A stretch of DNA of 63,914 nucleotides, the filler included, from Octopus bimaculoides (Eukaryota), in assembly GCF_001194135.2 (NCBI RefSeq). It is 5 parts of 4 records of this genome, joined end to end, with 100 filler letters (N's around TTAATTAATTAA, not from the genome) between each part and the next. Parts side by side here need not be neighbours in the genome. Positions count along the whole stretch, not along the records: positions 1 to 29,881 come from NC_069004.1; positions 29,982 to 47,678 come from NC_068985.1; 3 more parts are not named here. One strand, written 5' to 3'. The notes below the pieces were generated by a model, which was not told the origin of the DNA, made no database searches, and saw only the letters and a list, made by a program, of their open reading frames with translations. Of the stretch, positions 25,317-37,140 are shown piece after piece. Each line of letters begins with the position of its first letter. Position 1 is the stretch's first letter. A program made the position numbers and the translations under genes.

Positions 25317-27056
25317 ATGGATGTGTGAGTGGCCGGGTGAAGAGATGGTAGGGGTGGTGGATTCAAGGCTGGTTAACTGTACGGGTAGATGGTTGGGTGG
25401 GTTGAACATAGAAGAATGAATGAATGGATGGATGGGTGGATTCGAGACGGGTGGATCTAAGGATAATGGCTCAATAGATGGTCGTCTGGTAGGGTGGTTG
25501 GCTGGCTGGCTGGTTGGTTGGTTGGTTGGTATGGATGGATTAAGGGTGGTTAGGTACATGGATGGAATGATGAAAATTTGGGTGGATAGTAGGGTGTTTG
25601 AACGGATAGCTGGATAGATTGTTAGATGAATTCATGGATGAATGGAAGATGAGGGGGAGGGGAAGTGTGTTAAACATTAAAAAAANNNNNNNNNNNNNNN
25701 NNNNNNNNNNNNNNNNNNNNNNNNNNNNNNNNNNNNNNNNNNNNNNNNNNNNNNNNNNNNNNNNNNNNNNNNNNNNNNNNNNNNNNNNNNNNNNNNNNNN
25801 NNNNNNNNNNNNNNNNNNNNNNNNNNNNNNNNNNNNNNNNNNNNNNNNNNNNNNNNNNNNNNNNNNNNNNNNNNNNNNNNNNNNNNNNNNNNNNNNNNNN
25901 NNNNNNNNNNNNNNNNNNNNNNNNNNNNNNNNNGGGGGAGAGAGAAGTAGGGGAAAGAGAGAAGTAGGGGAAAGAAGGGAGGGAGGGAAGGATTGATGGA
26001 TGGACGGATAGATGAACAGGAGGAGGAAGGGAGGGGTTGGATGGAAGAAAGGATGGAGGGAGAGAGAGAGAGGGGTGGATGCCTGGATGGATTTATGGAT
26101 GGATCAATGGCTGAATGGATCTATGGATGGATTGATCGATGGATGAATGGATAGTTGGACAGAGTGAAGGAGGAAGGAATCGGCAGATGGGTTGAAGGAG
26201 AGCGGGAGAGATTGTTTGTGGGGTGGGGAGTAGATAACCGGGTACACACGTGGATGATTGGATGTTCGCTTGGCTGAATAGATGGACAATCGGGTAGATG
26301 GATGGATGGATGGATGGATGGATGGATGGATGGATGGACGGACAGATGGATGGATGGACGGACATTGTTCGGGTGGATTAATGTATGGTTGGACTGAGCT
26401 GCGTGTAGTTGGGTATATGGAAGTAAGATAGGGGTGGGGATGTCACTAGGTTCTATCTATCTATTGATCTATCGATCGATCCAGTCATTGTCTTACATCA
26501 ATAAAACATTCCACAATATTCTTGATTAGATTATATCACGTGGGGATGGCGGCGGCGGCGGCGGCGGTGGATCTTCATAATGGTGGTGATGGTGGGTTTA
26601 GTGATGGTGGTGGTGGTGATGACATTAGTGCTGGTGGTAGAGGCGGTAATGGAGATGACGGTGGTGGTGGTCGTCGTCGTCGTCGTGGAGACGGTAGTCA
26701 TATTGGTCGGGTGGTGGCGGTGGTCGTGGTGATGGGGCATGTGTGTGTGTGTATATATGTATATATATATNNNNNNNNNNNNNNNNNNNNNNNNNNNNNN
26801 NNNNNNNNNNNNNNNNNNNNNNNNNNNNNNNNNNNNNNNNNNNNNNNNNNNNNNNNNNNNNNNNNNNNNNNNNNNNNNNNNNNNNNNNNNNNNNNNNNNN
26901 NNNNNNNNNNNNNNNNNNNNNNNNNNNNNNNNNNNNNNNNNNNNNNNNNNNNNNNNNNNNNNNNNNNNNNNNNNNNNNNNNNNNNNNNNNNNNNNNNNNN
27001 NNNNNNNNNNNNNNNNNNNNNNNNNNNNNNNNNNNNNNNNNNNNNNNNNNNNNNNN

Positions 27057-27421
27057 GTGTGTTAAACATTAAAATAATATTTTTGTAATGTTCATAATGT
27101 TCAATTAGCGCTTTCATACGTTCGTAGTAATCCTCAGATTTCAAAATGTATTTAACTGACAGTTGAGTTCTTGACAACTGTAGTAAAATGATTGGCGTCT
27201 TCCTTTTTGTACCTTTTAGAAGGCTTTGAAAAGCTGCATTTTTCGAATAGGGTTTTGATCCAATCGGCATGCATCTTAAACGTCAGGGTTTGTCAGGCGT
27301 ACCGATATTACTGGCATAGATCCCGCCTTTATTCCAAAACTTCAGTTTGGAGCCTTCCAAGAAGTATAAAAAGGAAGAAGTCAGTCATTCTACTAGAGTT
27401 CTCAAGAATTCAACTGTCAGT
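27057..27421. mobile_element. Non-autonomous foldback/MITE with 71-bp imperfect inverted arms
   Basis: 27155-27225 versus 27351-27421: ungapped reverse-complement alignment, 11 mismatches in 71 by hand count. Inclusion of 27057-27154 is inferred. Confidence 0.7.
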
Positions 27422-27422
27422 G

Positions 27423-27841
27423 TTATTAATGGCCTCTCCACTATCTCAGTAGCCCAGTTTTTTCTCCGCTTGATGATGGCTGATCGAAGAAGTGGCTTCA
27501 TTCTTGCTTCTCTGCCGTAGTAACCAAGTTTGTGGAGATACCTGTCAGCTGTTCTGAGACTGACATCAACTTGATCTGCTATGTCAGAGGCCTTGCAGCG
27601 CGGATTATCCTCCACACTTCTCTTAATAAAGTGAAGGGTCCTGTCAGAGGGCCCTGTTTGATCTGGGCGAGGTGTTGTGGACGCCTTCCCCTCTCTGGTG
27701 AATTGCACAATCTATTAACTGTAGAAAGAGGGATCCCAAGGTTTTCTGTGATTTTACGCTATGCCCAACTTCACATTGACCCACAATACGGCCTCTTTGA
27801 AATTCAGACAGTTCCAATGCTTCTTTTGTACTTAGAATGAT
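27423..27841 (-). pseudogene. Tc1-family transposase N-terminal relic (frameshifted, truncated before the DDE domain)
   Basis: ELSEFQRGRIVG (HTH start), a frameshift near 27765, then PLSTVNR..IVQFTREG..RSVEDNPRCKASDIA..YLHKLGYYGREARMKPLL..RRKNWA, typical of Tc1 paired and homeo-like domains. Confidence 0.85.
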
Positions 27842-29204
27842 TAAACAGTCACATATATAAGCCTGAAACATAAACACTCTCACACACACACACATACATT
27901 CACACAAACACTCACACACATACATTCACACACACACATACACATTCGCACACACACACACACACACACATACACATTCACACACACACTCACATACACA
28001 CACACGCACATTTATATACACAAGCAGATATATATATTTAAGCATAAACACTTATAGATGCATACACACACATTTCTATGTATATATATATACACACATA
28101 CACAAACACATGCATAAGCGCACACACACATACACGCACGCGCGCATACTTACATATTGACATGCGCACATATAGAGAGAGAGGAGTTAGATATGCAGAT
28201 ACACATATATGAACACATATATACACACAAACATAAACACACAAGCACGAGTGCATAAACATACATACACATACACACACACGCGTACACACACATACAT
28301 AGAATGACACGTTCGCATAGAGAGAGAGAGAGAGAGAGAGAGTGAGAGAGAGAGAGAGAGAGAGAAAGACCAATAATTTAAAAGAAGCAAATCCAAATAA
28401 AAGAAACAAGAAATTCTTAAAATCTTTTCCCACTGCCCGCCCNNNNNNNNNNNNNNNNNNNNNNNNNNNNNNNNNNNNNNNNNNNNNNNNNNNNNNNNNN
28501 NNNNNNNNNNNNNNNNNNNNNNNNNNNNNNNNNNNNNNNNNNNNNNNNNNNNNNNNNNNNNNNNNNNNNNNNNNNNNNNNNNNNNNNNNNNNNNNNNNNN
28601 NNNNNNNNNNNNNNNNNNNNNNNNNNNNNNNNNNNNNNNNNNNNNNNNNNNNNNNNNNNNNNNNNNNNNNNNNNNNNNNNNNNNNNNNNNNNNNNNNNNN
28701 NNNNNNNNNNNNNNNNNNNNNNNNNNNNNNNNNNNNNNNNNNNNNNNNNNNNNNNNNNNNNNNNNNNNNNNNNNNNNNNNNNNNNNNNNNNNNNNNNNNN
28801 NNNNNAATATTCAATAGTTTTGGATTAGACGGGATATTGGGCAGCAGGAGAGTGATAGGAAAGATGGGACGGTGATGTGGTGGTGGTGGTGGTCGTTGTC
28901 GTCGTCATCGTCGTCGTGTCGTGTTGGTCGTCGTGGGGGTGGTCTGATGGTGGTGGTGGTGGCGAGGGTGGAAGCTTTGAGTAGCAGTGGGGTTAATAGC
29001 ATGTAGGGGGATAGAGGATTTGAAAAGAATATTTTTGATTAATCACGACGTTCATGTGTGCGTGTGAGTGAGTGCATGTGTATGTGTGTGTGAGCATATT
29101 TTTCATCTTTTACTTGTTTCAGTCATTAGACTGCAACCATTCTGGGGCACCGCCTTGAAGAACTTTAGAAGAACCAATCGTAACTTTAGTTTTCTGAATA
29201 TTAT

Positions 29205-29420
29205 CAACAAGACAGGAAACTAGTGGAATCGTTAATTCGTTGAACAAACTGCTTAGCCGCATTTCTTGCGACTCTTAACATTCTGAGTTCGAATCCCGGC
29301 GAGGTCAACTTTCCTTTTAATCTCTTCGGAGTCAATAAAATGAAGTACCAGTCACGTACTTGGGTTGATGTTATTGGTATGTCCCCTCCATTCAGACCTT
29401 TTTGGCTTTGAACTCTGTGG
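29205..29420 (+). mobile_element. Meta-domain SINE, diverged
   Basis: gagttcgaatcc B box; gaggtcaacttt.ccttt.atc.tcttcggagtcaataaaatgaagtacca. Confidence 0.75.
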
Positions 29421-29429
29421 TACATATTT

Positions 29430-29557
29430 TACCGACGTCCAAAAGATAAGAGGCAAAGTCGCCCTCGGTGGAATTTGAACTCGGAACGTAAAGTCGTGAA
29501 AAAAGCCGCTAAGCATTTTTCCCCGTGTGCTAACGATTCTGCCGATTCACTATCTTA
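29430..29557 (-). mobile_element. Meta-domain SINE, 3'-truncated
   Basis: ggcaaagtcg.cctcggtggaatttgaactc..gctaagca..gtgctaacgattctgcc is the reverse complement of the SINE head. Confidence 0.8.
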
Positions 29558-29570
29558 CATCTTTCTCATA

Positions 29571-29789
29571 ATAACCTTTCTACTCTAGGCATAAGGTCTG
29601 AAATGTAGGGGAGGGGGCCAGTCGATGAGATCGACTCCAGTACGCAACTGGTACTTAATTTATCGACCCCAAAAGGATAAAAGGCAAATTCGACCTCGGA
29701 GGAATTTGAACCCAGAACGTAGCGACGGGCGAAATACCGAGAAGCACTTCACCCGGCGTGCTAATGATTCTGCCAGCTCGCCGCCCTCT
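29571..29789 (-). mobile_element. Meta-domain SINE, full length
   Basis: Complete reverse complement from ggcggcgagctggcagaa head to cctagagtagaaag tail. Confidence 0.85.
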
Positions 29790-29925
29790 TAATAACACAG
29801 GATAGAATACAATGGAGAATGTGTCCCTCCATTATTCATCAGAAATGTTGAGCTGTGATAGAAGTGGTTATTATTACAAACNNNNNNNNNNNNNNNNNNN
29901 NNNNNNNNNNNNNNNNNNNNNNNNN

Positions 29926-29937
29926 TTAATTAATTAA
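29926..29937. other. Artificial assembly linker TTAATTAATTAA (also 47723-34, 58709-20, 62399-410)
   Basis: Identical palindromic 12-mer with stops in all six frames, each time embedded between two short N runs. Confidence 0.9.
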
Positions 29938-29981
29938 NNNNNNNNNNNNNNNNNNNNNNNNNNNNNNNNNNNNNNNNNNNN

Positions 29982-30049
<68 letters not shown>

Positions 30050-30052
<3 letters not shown>

Positions 30053-30330
30053 GAGCGATAACAAGTGACTGAGACTGCTGGTGATTTGCTGTGTTTGAGA
30101 AGACATGTCAAATTTAGTAAAATTGATATCGTAAACAGTGCCAGTGACACGTAAAAGGCATCCAGTACACTGTGTGGAGTGGTTGGCATTAGGAAATGCA
30201 TCTAGCCATAGAAACCATGCCAAAACAGACTGGAGCCTGGTACAATTCTCTGGCTTACCAGTTCCAGTCAAATCCATGCCAGCATGGAAAACGGATGCTA
30301 AATGATGATGAAGATGATGATGATATATAT
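30050..30330 (+). mobile_element. RTE-type 3' tail fragment ending in (GAT)n
   Basis: ggagtggttggcattaggaa..gcatc.agc..tagaaac...gcatggaaaacgga matches the tail of the RTE at 36960-37140. Confidence 0.75.
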
Positions 30331-30399
30331 GGTCATGCAGACAGTGGAGAAGGAGAAAAAGAATGGAAAGCATTTTTATGAAATGACTAACTAATGAAG

Positions 30400-33300
30400 T
30401 CCAATTTTTTACTGAAAGCTTCAAGGTTGATAATTTTTTTTCTTCACATTTGATTTACAGATGCAGTCAACTTTGTCTTAACCCAGATACCAGCTCACCA
30501 TGTAGCAAGGCTTTTGGAATATGACCATCAGCCATACAACTGACATGTCCAAGCTACTGAAGTTGTCACTGCTGCAAATGAGAATGGCAGGAATACCAAC
30601 ACCCCGCTTAATATGTTAAGATTGTTAATTCTATCCTACCATTTCATTCCAAGGGTTCTGTGCAGACACTGCATATGAAACATGTGAAGTTCCTGTTCTT
30701 GTGAAGAGTATGCTGGCCTTAGAAGTGTACTGAGAACATAGGCTTTGTACACCTTAACCTTAGTAGACATTCTGAGCTGTTTACTCCCCCGAAACTTTCT
30801 TAGGAAAGTCTTGAGAGAGTACTAGCTGTTTTGACACTGTGCTTCTTGAGTTCTGCATCTAGGACAAAGTTGTGTGTTGCAGTGAGGCCAAGATACTGAT
30901 GTGCCACATCCATGTCCTTACTTTTGATCTTAATGAAGGAGCTGCTGGAGCGCCTTGTTCCATGACTCAGATCTTTATGAGATTGATGGTGAGACTAAAT
31001 TAGGTTGCAAGCTCTTGAGAATCTATCCACAAGGTTTAGTAAGCATTCTATTAGACTTGAGGAGTTAGATGCATTAGCAAACAGCATAATAGTAATTTTC
31101 TTTATTTTCCATCTAACTATAGTGAAAGCCAGCTACCAGATCTTGAGTGGAAGTAAACACTATCTGTTGTTGTGAAGGCACATAGCTTAGCGGTTTGGGT
31201 ATTAAGCTCATGAACAAAAGGTCATGAGTTTGATACCTAGCAGTACATTGTGCTATTGAGCAAGACACTTTATTTCCCATTGCTCCAGTTCACTCAGATG
31301 ACAAAAATGAGCTGTACCCGTAATTCAAAAGGAGCCAGCCAGGTCACATTCTGCATCATACTGAATCTCCCAGAGGATTATGTTACGGGTGTACGTGTTT
31401 GTAGAATGCTCAGCTATTTGCGCGTTAATTTCATGAGTAGGCTATTCTCTTCATTGGATCAACTGGAAACCTCATCATAACCAATGGAGTACCAGATAAG
31501 GATTCAAATGTCTGTTTCAGGAGCAGTAAAAAAAATATACCAAAAAGTTTTGGAGCAAGGATTCAACTCTTCACTTCAAATTCCCTGGACATAGATTTTT
31601 CATACTGCACAGTGCTTATCATACCATCACAGAAAGCCATTATAGTGCTTAGCAAGTTAGGTAGTCAATCAACAAATGGTGATATGTTAAACAAGCCAGT
31701 TCTACTGATGAACTTAAATGCTTTCATTAAGTTGATGAAGGCCAGCTACAGTAGTTGATTCTGCTCTTGACACATTTCTTAAAAGTGATGCAATGAAAAC
31801 ATTGTCTATGGTGGATCCCTTGGAGCAGAAGCCACACTGCAATTCAAATTTCTAAAACCTTACAGAACCAGTCAAGTAATAAGTTTGCCAACTATACTAA
31901 AAGATATTCCTCTCTAACTTTTGCAATTACTTCTGTCCTTTTGTTTCATAATGTAACAATGTCAGTATCCTACACATCCTTTAGAAAAACTCTCTTCCCA
32001 ACATTGACAGAAGGATTTATGGGGTTCTTCCAGCAAGACTAACTTACCACTTTCCCAAACATCGGCAGGAATATAGTTTTTCCAAATGCTTTGCCTGTTA
32101 GCAAATTTATGCACAGCCTTCATGAATTTTCCTATGGTAAGGAATTCAACTAGTTTGGATGTAACCAGCTGTTAAATAGCATCCAAAGCTTGAGTAAAAG
32201 TTACAACAAACATTCTACACATGCCTCCATCTGTAGTTTAGTTTCCTTGATGCTCCATCAAACAGCTTTCAATATACCACAGTACATCTCATTGATAGTG
32301 CCTGTGTCTGCTGCTTGTTGGACAAAGTTCAGAGGTTCAGCCAGTAGTTATTAACACACATACTGGTCATTTCCTGAATTCTGCCATCTTACTGTCTTAA
32401 GTATTCAATAGTTCTCTGTAAGTGGCAAATTTTTGTAAGCATTATGCTTGGCAACAATGAGAAGAAGTGAACTTTCTGAGATGGCTGGCTACCAGCTGTT
32501 ATCCTGCAGGCCTTTCTTTCTCCCAAAAGTTTCTATTACAGTGGTGAGAATGATTGTTGTGAGGTAGTACCAAAGCTGAATCACATTTGATGTTCCATGG
32601 TTTCTCTGGAAGGCAAAGGGAAGCAATGATCTGATGTGGGCTGACTTTTCTGGATTTGCAATCTTTCTTACAACTATAAGTAGCATCCCCTTTGGCTTGG
32701 CTCTATGAAATCTCTTGTTATAGACTGACCTTGGTGCAGACAAGTGAATGTTCTGCATTACAAACTGCACTATGTAATGCTCTTGTCACCAAAAAGTTCT
32801 TGAGATGAGATCACCTGGCTATGACAAGGTCCTATTCGTGCTACTGTTTAGCTTGTGGGTGTTTGCAGGATACTCTATAATGGGATTTCGAGCCAAAGTA
32901 GTTATGAGTAACACATAATTCTAGGAGGTGCTTGTTATTATTGTTGGGTCAAAGCAAAATATCTAAGCTTCATTTTAGCAGTAAAAGTTTTCTTTAATAA
33001 CAACAGCAGAAAAGATTGTTAGATCATCAAAGATGGCATAATGCACTCTGTATTTATTTCTACCAATTTCTACAGCTTAGAGAAGTGTATGCTTGACAGC
33101 ATACCCAACACTTTGTTCACAAGTTTCATCTTCCTTCTTACCTTGCCAAAGAAGAATGAATAGTAAGTTTCTTTTATGTTTCCAGAATCTGCTAACCAGG
33201 TGCCTTGGAAAGCAACAATGTCTACTTGTAAGAAGGAAAGATTGCTGATTATGATGACTATTTTGTGCATGCCATCACATTTGATAAATCAAATATGATC

Positions 33301-33720
33301 ATACAGATATTCCAGCACCTGACCCTTGTGCTCTTTTGTCCTTTCTGCTGATGTTGTTGATGCTTCATTGTTGTTATTGTTTCCCGATGCATTTGTTCAT
33401 TTTGGCAAGAAGTACCTTATGTCGCACACAACCAGTGAAGCAGGTTAACAGTGGTAAGGCAACACCTGTCCAATGAAGTTAAAAAATATCCTCTCTTACC
33501 AATGAGAACCTCCACCACCACCAGTGCTTAGCTATATGCTGCTCTAAATGGAAACTTGTAACTTGTTCCCTGTGTTGCATTTGTAGTTTTGTGTGTCAAA
33601 AGGGTGGTTGTGATGTGTCTAGTGTGTAGATAAAGGAAGGTGTGTGTTTATCACCTTCCCACCTGCAGCTTTTCTCTGCTGGTTAACAGTAATGTGTAAG
33701 AGACAGCAAGTGAGTAGGTC
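30400..33720 (-). mobile_element. Near full-length, heavily degenerate RTE-clade LINE (APE endonuclease + RT)
   Basis: Minus-strand peptides across frameshifts and stops: VDIVAFQGTWLADSGNIKETYYSFF (APE N-term, ~33200); IETFGRKK; NNYWLNL..QQAADTG; QCGF..GSTID; AFINLMKAF; ILAPKLFGIFF; MLFAN (FADD relic); FHMQCLHRTLGMKW.DR..; LGHV..MADGHIPKALLHGEL (RTE C-term). The 5' boundary is approximate. Confidence 0.85.
31180..31497 (+). mobile_element. tRNA-derived SINE inserted into the RT region of the RTE LINE
   Basis: Head ggcacatagcttagcgg..gagtttgatacc; ttgagcaagacactt..gctccagttcactcag. Removing it restores LINE reading QTFES|TTDSVYFHSRS. Confidence 0.8.
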
Positions 33721-33929
33721 CTTTACTTATTAATACATAGCTTCTCCGGCAAAATGTACCTCTCCCTCTTTATGATGACACATAGTAACTTGGTGCTTTG
33801 CAACCCAAACTTAAGTTCTTGGGAACTTGTAGGTAGAATGCCTCCAGAGATACGACCTGTAGGCTCAGTAGCATGCAAAACTGCTTTGGTCTCTAGTGTG
33901 ATCCTATAGACAGCCCAGTATTGTACACA

Positions 33930-35900
33930 ACCCAACTACGGTAGTTAATTCAGTCGGCCTGGTATCAAACGTATTGATTCAACTTTCCTTTGCATATAAC
34001 ACAGAACGAAAGGGAGATCTGACGCTTGGACAGCCCATACTCTCTATACCTCGACTTTGTCTAGCGCCACAGAGAGGAAACACACAAACACTCATTAAAC
34101 ATACACATTCACGCTAAAAATCTACGGAAACAGGCTGCTTTAGAGATTCGAAACTCACCATAAAGAATATACTTTTCAACTATTAAATTATAACATGTTG
34201 ATTTTAAAAAATACACTATTATTATAATTGCACTGTTATGATAATACTGTTTTGATTTAATTGCGTGTGTTTAAACTACACTTGTGAGATCAGTATCCAT
34301 AGCAGTTAAAATATTGAATAGTAATCACCAAATTCTTAAACAAGTAGTTTGTTTTAATCATACAACAACTGCATGTATATTCCTTGGTTATATACTGCAG
34401 CAATATAAAAAAATGTCAATTACTGATGCGTATATTTTACAAATTATAAAATGCTAAAATATACAAATCCAATAAACTAACAACTTATTGAAGTTGTACT
34501 GTTATAGCTATACAGAGATCATTGTCCTTACAAATAACTTATAGTGATGCATTTTACAAATGAATAACTTCATCTTATATCTGTTACTCATGTAAACAAA
34601 TATACATTGGTGTATATGTATTTTGAAAGGGGTTAAACATACCTGTGTAATTTCACGGGAAATTCTTAGAAAAGAAGTTCTTTAGTTTCCTTTAACAGTA
34701 ACCAAAGGTAATGATAACACTTCTGATGTTACCCGATTGAACAGTATCATCTAATAACGTTTCTTCTCGTGTTTTTCTCCTAGCATGCCACGTAATAACC
34801 ACTTTTATGTTCCGCCGGTGAACATCATCGCCATTGTAAATGAATATTTCTCTGAAATTTTTCCTTTTTATGTGTCTTCTTTCTTTCTACATGCTTTCCA
34901 TGTATTTTCCCCCGTTTCTTCGATTTTAATATTTTCCGAAAGTAATAAAATTTACTCAAGGTATTCGTATGTATTTTTTTTTTATCTAAAGCTGTCACTA
35001 GGGTGCCGATCAAGCATACCTCAAATTCGTTAAATTAGCTGATGCTTTTCAACAGCTGGAAATACACTCGCTCCAACTTCCGTTCTAAATAAATTTATTC
35101 CTCTCTATAAAGTCTATGTCTTCCCTCCTCTTTCTTTAGCTCAATCACTAACTAACACTACTACTTCCTTTTCGGTGAAATAAAAATATGACTGCTAAGA
35201 TAAATATTTCCTTTACTTTCTTTTAAACGCATTCATTTATATCGTCTCATTTAACTAATAGTAGTCCTTGAAAATAGTCTTCACATGTTTTATTTATATT
35301 TTATTGGGGAAATCCTGTTTACAAGAATATTAATTACTCTAACCACGAAGTATCTGGTGGTAGACTTAATGCATTGCTTAGTTTAAGACCACCGCTTAGA
35401 CCTTTTGGTGTCTTTTTATTATAGTCCATTCTGTTAACAGCATTTAGGAAAATGTGGCGCGCAGCACCTCCTCCTGTGATTATGTCATTAAAAAGCGTCA
35501 TCCAATTGTAGTAAAATTCATTTTCATTTATATAGCGCTAAAACTAAATGCTTTAATAATAATTTTATTGATTTGGAATACAAGTCTAGCTTGGGTTTCC
35601 TCTGCAATTCTTACCTGCAAGGTAGCTAGAAAAATAATGAAGTTCAAATCAATCTATATAACTTCTACAAAAATTAGCCATGTACCTACTTGTAGCAAAG
35701 CTACATATGCATAGTAATATGTGAGTTGACCTGCACTGCAGACCAATATATCGATGAGGTGTCTAGCCTCGCTTTGATATAATAGCCTCGTTCTGAGACA
35801 CTAACCTCGTTCTGAGCTACACTGTAGAAACTCTCAGTTCCTGCCAAGCTTCAAAGGCACATGTCTTCTCTGCAGCGCCACACGCAATCTCCCACGTGCT
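33930..35900. promoter_or_regulatory. Candidate unmethylated CpG-retaining island (possible promoter/first exon)
   Basis: Hand count: 14 CpG in 34741-35160 versus 2 in 37141-37920. ETS-like acttccg at 35077; minus-strand donor CAG|GTATGT at 34643/34642. Confidence 0.4.
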
Positions 35901-36159
35901 ACTCACATGTCTATTCAACTTGACACAAGATATATGGTTTGTAAACGAACATATTTTATCACACACATATTCTCAAAATGACTGTTCTCATTTCAGACAT
36001 GCATACATACTGTAATACAAATATTATATGTTACTTCTTTCAGTGCAAAAGTAAAAATCAAAACTTCCTTTGTATGTAAACACATGTTTTTGTATCATAT
36101 TACATGCTTCTACCACAAAAGGTGAATACAGAATAAACAATATATTTAAGTTAGTAATG

Positions 36160-37140
36160 GGGGTGGATGCTCAGAGAGTGTTACCACTAGAATAAGAATA
36201 GCCTGAGCAAAGTTTAGAAAGCTTCTACCCCTACTGGTGACAAAGGGCCTCTCACTCAGACTGAAAGGTAGATTGTATGATGCATGCGTGCGAACTGCCA
36301 TGCTTCACAGCAGTGAAACATGGACCATGACTGCAGAGGACATGTGTAGGCTCAAAAGAAATGAAGCTAGCATGATCCGTTGGATGTGTAATGTCAGTGT
36401 GCACACACGACAGAGTGTAAGCACCCTGAGAGAAATGTTGGACATAAGAAGCATCAGATGTGGCGTGCAAGAGTGATGTTTACACTGGTATGGTCATGTA
36501 CAACGGATGGATGAGGAGAGATGTGTTAAGAAGTGCCACTCCCAAACAGCTGAAGAAATCCAAGGTAGAGGTAGAACCCAGGAAGACATGGGATGAGGTG
36601 GTCAAGTATGACCTTCAAACGTTGGGCCTCACAGAGGCAATGACGAAAGACCGAGACCTCTGGAGATATGCTGTGACTGCAAAGACCCGACAAATAAAGA
36701 GAGTTCACTGTTGTATCCTACACCAGTTTCACATAACCAGCGACAACCCATTCAAAAGTACCTTGGATCATAGGACAACCTGCTGTGCTTACCTTGGATT
36801 GTAGGGTGACCTGCTGTGCTTGAGGAGACCTATTGAGTCAAGTACATCAACATCAAAATAAAAATCAAATGGAAATTGTGGTTGTGATACCCGTGCTGGT
36901 GACATGTAAAAAGCAACATCCAAATGTAGCCGATGCCAGCGTCCTCTGGCCCCTGTGCTGGTGGCACGTAAAAAGCACCCACTACACTTACGGAGTGGTT
37001 GGCATTAGGAAGGGCATCCAGCTGTAGAAACACTGCCAGATCAGACTGGAGCCTGGTGCAGCCTCCTGGCCTCCCAGACCCTGGTCGAACCGTCCAACCC
37101 ATGTTAGCATGGAAAACGGACGTTAAATGAGGATGATAGC
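36160..37140 (+). mobile_element. 5'-truncated RTE-clade LINE: ORF C-terminus, 3' UTR and (GAT) tail
   Basis: TKGLSLRLKGRLYDACVRTAMLHSSETW..RNEASMIRWMCNVS..LDIRSIRCGVQE, then frameshifted PRKTWDEVVKYDLQTLGLTEAMTKDRDLWRYAV, characteristic of the RTE C-terminus. Confidence 0.9.

Noticed and set aside
26522-26740. Gly/Ala/Thr/His-rich ORFs resembling a low-complexity protein exon
   Set aside because: Mixed GGC/GGT/CGT triplet repeats that run into (TG)n/(TA)n without convincing splice sites.
29926-29937. TTAATTAATTAA palindrome recurring four times inside N runs
   Set aside because: Assembly linker with stops in all six frames; not biological.
31180-31260. tRNA genes suggested by A/B boxes here and at 6629, 49900 and 60828
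   Set aside because: They continue into SINE bodies and lack a cloverleaf; they are SINE heads.
33723-33935. 70-aa minus-strand ORF next to the CpG island
   Set aside because: No recognisable homology; may be LINE 5' UTR or chance.
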